From positions 5,312,001 through 5,376,000 of the forward strand of contig OY761556.1 in assembly GCA_963664705.1 (NCBI GenBank): DNA of 64,000 nt, given 5' to 3'. The notes under the pieces are model-generated. The model saw nothing but the letters and a program-made list of their open reading frames with translations. It did not search any database and was not told the DNA's origin. The position numbers and the translations under genes were made by a program. Of the stretch, positions 57,612 through 64,000 are shown piece after piece (the first letter of the stretch is position 1; each line of letters starts with the position of its first letter). This stretch comes from Acidobacteriota bacterium. GTDB taxonomy: Bacteria; Acidobacteriota; UBA6911.

Positions 57612-59873
57612 ATGAATATTCCTCAACTAGTGGCGCAGGAGCTTTCTCTAGGTATCAACCAGGTCGAAAATGCATTGGCCCTTTTTGCTGAGGGCGGAAC
57701 GGTGCCATTCATTGCCCGGTATCGCAAGGAGATGACGGGAGAGATGAATGAAGTGCAGTTGCGGGCGTTGCTTGAAAGGCATACATATCTTGTTGAGCTG
57801 GAAGAGCGAAAAGCGGCTATTCTCAAATCCATTGAGGAACAGGGGAAGCTGACAGACGAGCTGAAGGTAAAGATTGAAGCGTGTCTTCAGAAGACCGAAT
57901 TGGAAGACCTGTATCTTCCGTTCAAGCCGAAGAAGCGAACACGAGCAACGATTGCCAGGGAAAAAGGGCTCGAACCGCTTGCATTGCTTGTCAAATCACT
58001 GAATGAGCCTGGGAGTCCCGCTTCTGACCTTGAGGTCGAGGCCGGCCGCTATATTTCTGAGGAATTGGGAGTCAAGAGCGTGGCGGAGGCACTCCAGGGT
58101 GCATCAGACATCCTGGCGGAGGAAGTTTCTGAAAAAGCTGAATTAAGGCAGCACATTCGCGATTACCTGATGAGCGAGGGTTACTTCATTTCGAAGGTTA
58201 AAGAAGAACACGCTGAAGGCACGACGAAATTTGAGATGTATCGGGACTATAAAGTCAAAGTCAAAGACATCCAGCCTCATAATATGCTCGCTCTTCGACG
58301 AGGCGAGACCGAGGGTGTTCTTACTTTTACCATTGAGTTTGATCTTGCTGTTGTAGCCGCGTACCTGGAAAGCCAGGAAATCCATGCCACGGCCGCCAAC
58401 ATCCAGGGCTTTTACAAAACGATGCTTGCGGATGCTTTCGACCGTCTCATGAAGACAACTCTGATCGGTGAGGTTCGACTCGAGAAAAAGGTCGGTGCGG
58501 ATCGCGAATCCATCCGCACATTCGAAACAAATCTTCGCGAATTGCTGTTGTCCAGCCCGGCGGGAATGAAGCCGACATTGGGTGTCGATCCAGGGTTTCG
58601 AACCGGGTGCAAGGTTGCGGCAGTCGATAGCACCGGCAAGCTCCTTGAATATGTAACCGTTCAGCCCCACAAATCGGACGGCGAACGGGTTCAGGCCGCG
58701 GCGAGCATAAAGGCGCTGATCGGGAAACACAATATAGGGCTTGTCGCTATCGGCAACGGAACTGCAGGGCGCGAAACAGAAGCTTTTGTGGGGGAAGTTC
58801 TTGCACAACTCGATCAAAAGCCAACCAAGGTGATGGTGAGCGAGGCGGGGGCTTCGGTTTACTCCGCAAGCGAAGTTGCTATTGAAGAGTTCCCGGATCT
58901 CGACCTTACGGTCCGCGGTGCCGTCAGTATTGCCCGTCGGCTCCAGGACCCGTTGGCCGAGCTGGTGAAGATCGATCCCAAATCGATCGGTGTTGGGCAG
59001 TACCAGCATGATGTCGATCAGAAGCTGCTGAAGGAAAAGCTGGATGATACGGTTGAAAGCTGCGTGAACTATGTTGGCGTGGATCTGAACCTTGCATCCA
59101 AGGAACTGCTCAGTTTTGTAGCCGGCATTTCCTCCTCCGTCGCAAAAAATATCGTCGTGCATCGCAATTCGAACGGTGCTTTCCGCAGCCGAAAGGATTT
59201 GTTGGGCGTATCCAAATTTGGTCCTAAAACATTTGAACAGGCGGCCGGTTTCCTGCGCATTCGTGGTGGAGACAACCCTCTCGACAATACGGCCGTTCAT
59301 CCGGAAAGCTACCATATCGTGGAAAAGATGGCGCAGAACCTCAGTATTGCGCTGGATCGCATCACGGAGGACCCCTCCAAATTCGGATCCATTAACCTGA
59401 AAGAATATGTTACCGATACGATTGGGGAGCCAACGCTTCGAGATATCCTGTCCGAATTGGAAAAGCCCGGAAGGGACCCGCGCGCAGAGTTCCGTTATGC
59501 ATCCTTCAGAGAAGAAGTGAAGGAAATCAAAGATCTATTGGTAGGCATGGAGCTGGAAGGAATTGTGACCAACGTTGCCAACTTCGGGGCCTTTGTCGAT
59601 ATCGGTGTTCATCAGGATGGGCTCGTTCATGTCTCCCAGCTTGCCGACCGTTTTGTCGATGATCCGAAAAAGGTCGTCAAGGTGGGGCAGATTGTGAAGG
59701 TGAGAGTGCTTGAGGTGAATGAAGCGCTCAAAAGAATATCCCTTTCGATGAAATCGCCCGGGCGGCCGCAAAAGTCAGCGGCGCCGGCGAAAAAGACCGC
59801 AGCGCCACCTCCGCCGGAGAAGAGAACCGCATCCATCCAGGATCTAATGGCGAAGTTTAACCGATCCAGATAG
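57612..59873 (+). CDS. tex: Tex-family RNA-binding transcription accessory protein
   Basis: TVPFIARYRKE, DPGFRTG, GNGTA, ARRLQDPLAELVKIDPKSIGVGQYQHD, C-terminal S1 domain. Confidence 0.96.
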   Translation: MNIPQLVAQELSLGINQVENALALFAEGGTVPFIARYRKEMTGEMNEVQLRALLERHTYLVELEERKAAILKSIEEQGKLTDELKVKIEACLQKTELEDLYLPFKPKKRTRATIAREKGLEPLALLVKSLNEPGSPASDLEVEAGRYISEELGVKSVAEALQGASDILAEEVSEKAELRQHIRDYLMSEGYFISKVKEEHAEGTTKFEMYRDYKVKVKDIQPHNMLALRRGETEGVLTFTIEFDLAVVAAYLESQEIHATAANIQGFYKTMLADAFDRLMKTTLIGEVRLEKKVGADRESIRTFETNLRELLLSSPAGMKPTLGVDPGFRTGCKVAAVDSTGKLLEYVTVQPHKSDGERVQAAASIKALIGKHNIGLVAIGNGTAGRETEAFVGEVLAQLDQKPTKVMVSEAGASVYSASEVAIEEFPDLDLTVRGAVSIARRLQDPLAELVKIDPKSIGVGQYQHDVDQKLLKEKLDDTVESCVNYVGVDLNLASKELLSFVAGISSSVAKNIVVHRNSNGAFRSRKDLLGVSKFGPKTFEQAAGFLRIRGGDNPLDNTAVHPESYHIVEKMAQNLSIALDRITEDPSKFGSINLKEYVTDTIGEPTLRDILSELEKPGRDPRAEFRYASFREEVKEIKDLLVGMELEGIVTNVANFGAFVDIGVHQDGLVHVSQLADRFVDDPKKVVKVGQIVKVRVLEVNEALKRISLSMKSPGRPQKSAAPAKKTAAPPPPEKRTASIQDLMAKFNRSR

Positions 59874-59886
59874 GACTCGCTTATTG

Positions 59887-59931
59887 CGGGAAATTCGCGG
59901 CCGAAGTTATACATCGGCCGCGAATTTCCCG
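59887..59931. terminator. Perfect 18-bp inverted repeat between convergent tex and patatin genes
   Basis: CGGGAAATTCGCGGCCGA-AGTTATACA-TCGGCCGCGAATTTCCCG. Confidence 0.72.
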
Positions 59932-59950
59932 AATTTGGAAGATGCCGGTG

Positions 59951-60958
59951 TCAGCAGCCGAAAAATCGAAGCACCTTTTCAGAACGAAGCAAGCGATGAG
60001 CCTGCTCCTGTCCGCGATAGAATGTCCGCATGGTGGTGTCATTGTCCATGCAAAGAAATCCGGCCTCAACAGTATGATCCGGGTGAATCGCAAGAAAGCG
60101 GTTTTCTTTTTCCGCTTCGAGGATACTCGGCAAAGCATTTAGCCGAAGAAGCCGCGAGCTGGTTTCCCACAAATTGCCCCCAGGGTCGCAGCAGAAAACG
60201 ATGGTTTTGTCTGGATGAAGCCATTGATTCAGTGCGGTGAAACGGCTGTCCTGTTCAAATAGCCGCATCGGCATTTTGAGGGAGTAGCCTCCGTCGATGA
60301 ATACGGAATTGAAATCACTCTCGAGTGGAGTGCCGAGATCTTCCGGACCAAGAGGGTCTCCCATGGCAACCGGCACAAGGCAGGAAGCTTCAATAACGGC
60401 ATGGTAATTTTTGCGCGTCAGGGGGCGTATGTATTCGGAATGGAACTGATCGGGGAGATTCAATACAAACGCGACAGGCTCTTCCCGGTATTTTCCCGGT
60501 ATGTATTTTAGTCCCTTGGGAAACTTGCGAGTCGCGGATTTCATAAAGAGGCGATAGCTGTCGAAGGAGCGAAACGGTTTAGCATCGGTCCGGCGCACCC
60601 GCGTGGTAAAAAGCAGCAGTTTTTTCCGGGGATCTCCATCGAAAACACCCGCCATTTCCTCTTCTTCCATCACATAAGAGATAGAGGATCGCAGGTGGGC
60701 ACGGAAACGGCTGTGGGTGCGTGCGCCGAGAGCATGGCATTCGGGCGTACCCCAATAATTCCAGCCTTTCATCACGGTCCGCTCCGTACCGGTTGCGATG
60801 TCGGCAGCGGCGTAGCCCCCGGCGGAGGCTCCCATCATAATGGAGGGGAAGGTACCGTGTTCCCGACTCCACTGCATGAATTCGTGAATCACGCCTCCCT
60901 GCCAAGCGCCGCGACCGGCTCCTCCAGAATCCAGAATCCAGCAATAGTTCGTAGCCAT
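59951..60958 (-). CDS. Patatin-like phospholipase family protein
   Basis: SGGAGRG, GASAG nucleophile elbow, ASC..P, DGG. Confidence 0.8.
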   Translation of the reverse strand: MATNYCWILDSGGAGRGAWQGGVIHEFMQWSREHGTFPSIMMGASAGGYAAADIATGTERTVMKGWNYWGTPECHALGARTHSRFRAHLRSSISYVMEEEEMAGVFDGDPRKKLLLFTTRVRRTDAKPFRSFDSYRLFMKSATRKFPKGLKYIPGKYREEPVAFVLNLPDQFHSEYIRPLTRKNYHAVIEASCLVPVAMGDPLGPEDLGTPLESDFNSVFIDGGYSLKMPMRLFEQDSRFTALNQWLHPDKTIVFCCDPGGNLWETSSRLLRLNALPSILEAEKENRFLAIHPDHTVEAGFLCMDNDTTMRTFYRGQEQAHRLLRSEKVLRFFGC

Positions 60959-61051
60959 TTCGGTGCGAGTGTACTGCACAAATGCAAAGACATAAAGCTC
61001 CTGCTCCAGCGAAGCTTTGAGTCAACTCAATTCTTGAATTATGATGAACGC

Positions 61052-61804
61052 ATGAATGGTCTGCTTGATACACACGCGCATTTATGCGATCCGGTTTTTG
61101 ACAACGATCTGCCGCAAGTTCTCCAAAGAGGAAAAGCTGTCGGTGTTTCGGGTGTCATTGCTGTCGGGGAAAATATCGAGGATGCGAAAAAAACCCTTCA
61201 CCTTGCCTCTCGATATCCAATGATTCGCCCTGCAGCCGGTTTGTTTCCTACGGTTCTTGATCAGAGCCTTGCCGCCGGGATGCGGGATTTCATTCGGGAG
61301 CATCAAAGAGATCTGGCTGCTATTGGGGAAATAGGATTGGACCATTGGGTCGTAAAAAGCGAGTCAGAATGGGAACTGCAGCTCGATATCTTTAACGGCT
61401 TCATAGCATTAGGCAAAGAGCTTGGCTTGCCGCTCAATGTTCACTCAAGATCCGCCGGCCGACAAACGGTTGCTGCGCTTTTGGACTCGGGGGCATCGAA
61501 AGTGCAGATGCATGCGTTTGATGGAAAGTATGGCACGGCCTTGCCGGCGGTCGAAGCAGGGTACTTTTTCTCCATTCCTCCATCGATCGTTCGATCGGAT
61601 CAAAAGAAAAAGCTGATCAGGATGTTGCCATTGTCCTGCCTGCTGGTTGAGACGGATAGCCCGGTTCTGGGTCCAGTTCCTCAGGAGCGGAATGAGCCCT
61701 GCAATGTTTTGATTGCCGTGAAGGTAATTGCTGAGATTAAAGGAATTCGCGAGGAGGCGGTAAGAGAAGCCGTGATCGAAAACACGCACCGGCTCTATGG
61801 TTAA
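61052..61804 (+). CDS. tatD: TatD-family hydrolase/DNase
   Basis: LDTHAH, IGEIGLD, VHSR, HAF, ETDSP, NEP; true start at ATG 61052. Confidence 0.92.
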   Translation: MNGLLDTHAHLCDPVFDNDLPQVLQRGKAVGVSGVIAVGENIEDAKKTLHLASRYPMIRPAAGLFPTVLDQSLAAGMRDFIREHQRDLAAIGEIGLDHWVVKSESEWELQLDIFNGFIALGKELGLPLNVHSRSAGRQTVAALLDSGASKVQMHAFDGKYGTALPAVEAGYFFSIPPSIVRSDQKKKLIRMLPLSCLLVETDSPVLGPVPQERNEPCNVLIAVKVIAEIKGIREEAVREAVIENTHRLYG

Positions 61805-61879
61805 CGAAATCGGAGACAGCGTACGCACGAAAACTCAAAAATGGAGTCTGACCTCGACATTGAAAAACTGGTGGGCAAA

Positions 61880-62341
61880 CTATTGATAGCCGGCATCGAC
61901 GGCTTTATCCGGCCCCAGTGCGGCAGCTTTGGCAAGCTGATCGCAGCGCTCATTTTCCGGATGGCCGGCATGGCCTCGGACCCACTCAAAATGCACATCA
62001 TGAATGTCGCAAAGCTTCAATAGCCTTTCCCAAAGGTCCGGATTAATAGCTTTTTCTTTGCTGTTGCGTTTCCAGCCATTTGCTTTCCATTTCCGCGCCC
62101 ATCCTTTTTCGATCGCATAAACCAGGTACTGGGAATCACTGGTAAGAGTAACGCGGCATGGTTCTTTGAGTGCCTCGAGGCCGGCAATAGCCGCAAAGAT
62201 CTCCATGCGGTTGTTGGTGGTTCTTTGAAAACCGCCTGAAAGCTCTCTGCGGTGGGAGTCATATACAAGGACAACCCCGTAGCCGCCAGGGCCGGGATTA
62301 TTCATGCAGCCGCCATCGGTATACATCATTATGTTTTTCAT
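61880..62341 (-). CDS. rnhA: Ribonuclease HI
   Basis: [42 protein letters not shown]. Confidence 0.97.
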   Translation of the reverse strand: MKNIMMYTDGGCMNNPGPGGYGVVLVYDSHRRELSGGFQRTTNNRMEIFAAIAGLEALKEPCRVTLTSDSQYLVYAIEKGWARKWKANGWKRNSKEKAINPDLWERLLKLCDIHDVHFEWVRGHAGHPENERCDQLAKAAALGPDKAVDAGYQ

Positions 62342-62441
62342 CAGGATAACTATTTTAACCCGCGTTCTGTTTCCTGGAGAGGAAAACGATAAATTTTTCG
62401 AGGGATGGGGAGCAAGGAAGGAAAAGGTGCGACTTGCGGAT

Positions 62442-62476
62442 TGCAGGTTGCAGGAGTCTAACTCCTGCAACCTGCA
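62442..62476. terminator. Perfect 16-bp inverted repeat downstream of sdhB-like gene
   Basis: TGCAGGTTGCAGGAGT-CTA-ACTCCTGCAACCTGCA. Confidence 0.65.
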
Positions 62477-62496
62477 TCACTAAAGATCCAACGCTT

Positions 62497-63345
62497 CTAC
62501 TTGATGGTAGGCGCGGGAGCGGGTGGAACATCCGTTCGCGCTTTCCAGTTCTTTACAGGCGAAGCCACCGGAGCAGGCTGGCGCTGCTTGCGCAGCCCAA
62601 AGGACTTCATGAAAGCATCTTTTTTAGCCAGCTGGATTGCCAATGCCGGATCGACGCCTTTCGGACAAACCTGTGAACAGGCGCCGGCAAAATGGCAGCG
62701 ATAGACGCCGTGATTGGAATAAAGCTCTTTGGCTCTCTCCTCAGCGCCGCCGTCGCGGGAGTCGAGCGTATAGCGCCAGCCCTGAGTCAGTGCCTGCGGG
62801 CCGGTGTACTGTTCTGAAGTAGCGACGGTCGGGCAGGCCGAAAGGCAGAGTCCGCATTTGATGCAATAGGCGAACTGAATATAGTTGAGCAGTTCTTCCG
62901 AGGACTGGAAATATTCGCCGGTCGGAAGATTCTGTTCTTTGAGATCCTGTCGGATCAAATACGGCTTCACGGACCGATGTTTGCCGAACAGCTTCTCAAG
63001 ATCCGGGACCAGGTCGCGAATCATTTCATAGTTCGGCAGCGGTTTCACGATGACTTTGTCCGAGTGCAGATGGACAATCTGATTGTTACAGGCCAGACGG
63101 GGCAATCCATTGATAAACATGCCGCAGGATCCGCAAATCCCCATCCGGCATGAGGATCGCCAGGATAGCGAAGGGTCTTCATGCTCCTTTATCCAGGTCA
63201 GCCCGTCCAGCACGGTCATCCCCTTTGTGACTGGAACCGTGAACGCCTGCATGTACGGAGATTTCCCAGTCGCGGGATTGTAGCGCAATACTTCAAAAAT
63301 AACGGATTTGAGGACAGTGCCCTCCTGTGCATCTGAATGGCTCAC
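62497..63345 (-). CDS. sdhB: Succinate dehydrogenase/fumarate reductase iron-sulfur subunit
   Basis: SCRMGICGSC..C, IRDL, CIKCGLCLSACP, CHFAGACSQVCP; GTG start overlaps the upstream TGA. Confidence 0.93.
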   Translation of the reverse strand: MSHSDAQEGTVLKSVIFEVLRYNPATGKSPYMQAFTVPVTKGMTVLDGLTWIKEHEDPSLSWRSSCRMGICGSCGMFINGLPRLACNNQIVHLHSDKVIVKPLPNYEMIRDLVPDLEKLFGKHRSVKPYLIRQDLKEQNLPTGEYFQSSEELLNYIQFAYCIKCGLCLSACPTVATSEQYTGPQALTQGWRYTLDSRDGGAEERAKELYSNHGVYRCHFAGACSQVCPKGVDPALAIQLAKKDAFMKSFGLRKQRQPAPVASPVKNWKARTDVPPAPAPTIK

Positions 63346-63719
63346 GGTCGCACCTCCCTCATCTGATACAGCATAATGGCGACATAACTTCCATAAGCAA
63401 ACAAAACGATTCCAGCAAGGGCGCAAACGCTTCCAATCGCTTTTTCCATCCCTTTCGACAGTGAAAGCTCAATGAGCAGGCTGCGAAGGCCATAAAGTCC
63501 GTGAAACAGTGCCGCTCCCAGCAGAAGAATGTACGTGACCATGTAAATGAACTGCTGGCTGCGATGAAAGACTTCGGCGGAATGAACAGGATCGCCCGAT
63601 CCGATTCCGACGAATTGCAGAATAGCGCCCAGGTGCATGGTGCCCATGTGCACACCTAGCAGAACAAGGATTACAACTGCAGAGAGGATATGCCAGAACC
63701 ACAGTCTTGATTCGCGCAT
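63342..63719 (-). CDS. sdhD: Succinate dehydrogenase hydrophobic membrane anchor subunit
   Basis: Three hydrophobic helices with heme-ligand-type His (WH, H....H, FHGLYG). Confidence 0.72.
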   Translation of the reverse strand: MRESRLWFWHILSAVVILVLLGVHMGTMHLGAILQFVGIGSGDPVHSAEVFHRSQQFIYMVTYILLLGAALFHGLYGLRSLLIELSLSKGMEKAIGSVCALAGIVLFAYGSYVAIMLYQMREVRP

Positions 63720-63728
63720 GATGTCCTC

Positions 63729-64000
63729 CTATCTCAATTTCAAATAGAAATCAGCGCCACCGATGAGCATGACAACTGCTGCGATGATCATCACCACCAC
63801 CAATAGTGGTTTTTGGCGCATTGTGGAATAACTGTACGGATATGACGGTAATCCCTGCTTGCCAAGCATATATCCAAGTTCAACGAGAACCAGGCGGATC
63901 CCATTCACGGCGTGATAGGCAAAAGCAAGGAAGACGGTGAATTCACCAAACTTGAAAAAGGGCGTGCCGAAAAATGACATTCGGCTATCCCAGGCCGCCG
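63729..64000 (-). CDS. sdhC: Succinate dehydrogenase cytochrome b subunit, partial (starts beyond the right edge)
   Basis: YHAVNGIRLVLVE motif and hydrophobic helices. Confidence 0.75.
   Translation of the reverse strand, partial: AAWDSRMSFFGTPFFKFGEFTVFLAFAYHAVNGIRLVLVELGYMLGKQGLPSYPYSYSTMRQKPLLVVVMIIAAVVMLIGGADFYLKLR

Noticed and set aside
60695-61051. N-terminal extension of TatD in the ORF track (likewise the extensions of rnhA, thioredoxin, sdhB and DinB)
   Set aside because: They overlap neighbouring genes or hairpins; downstream starts match family N-termini and/or RBS positions.
59951-61804. Patatin + TatD as an anti-phage (CBASS/Qat-like) system
   Set aside because: The genes are divergent and sit among housekeeping genes, with no cyclase, ATPase or QueC partner.

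Overview
Gene-dense bacterial chromosomal window. It is probably from an anaerobe; the gene content is suggestive of Acidobacteriota (inference only). No rRNA, tRNA, CRISPR or IS element was recognised. Four blocks: (1) 1-15 kb, an atypical type VI secretion membrane/baseplate module (tssK-tssL-tssM, no adjacent tssJ, no tube/sheath/spike genes in the window). It is embedded among protein-modification genes: a membrane-anchored Pro-rich protein with a kinase N-lobe remnant and about 12 G-x-[FY]-T-x-x-F motifs, two to three SAM-dependent putative protein methyltransferases, a CsgG/FlgT-like protein, a membrane Ser/Thr kinase and a DUF1906-like peptidoglycan hydrolase. (2) 15-26 kb, a 2-hydroxyacid/2-hydroxyacyl-CoA dehydratase cluster with two LarA-family racemases, two candidate 2-oxoacid reductases, a class III CoA-transferase and an ADP-forming acyl-CoA synthetase. 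(3) 26-37 kb, a MacAB-like exporter, thioredoxin-like protein, 5'-nucleotidase, an HTH-nucleotidyltransferase and ahcY with a divergent SahR-like regulator. (4) 37-53 kb, a glycosylation island (five GT9-like proteins, FkbM-like methyltransferase, radical SAM, NHL protein, GT41/TPR) in which one small Rossmann-like module recurs seven times in six proteins. Housekeeping genes follow (squalene synthase-like, DinB, NUDIX, two-component pair, tex, patatin, tatD, rnhA, sdh). All calls come from motif reading only; no database searches were run.
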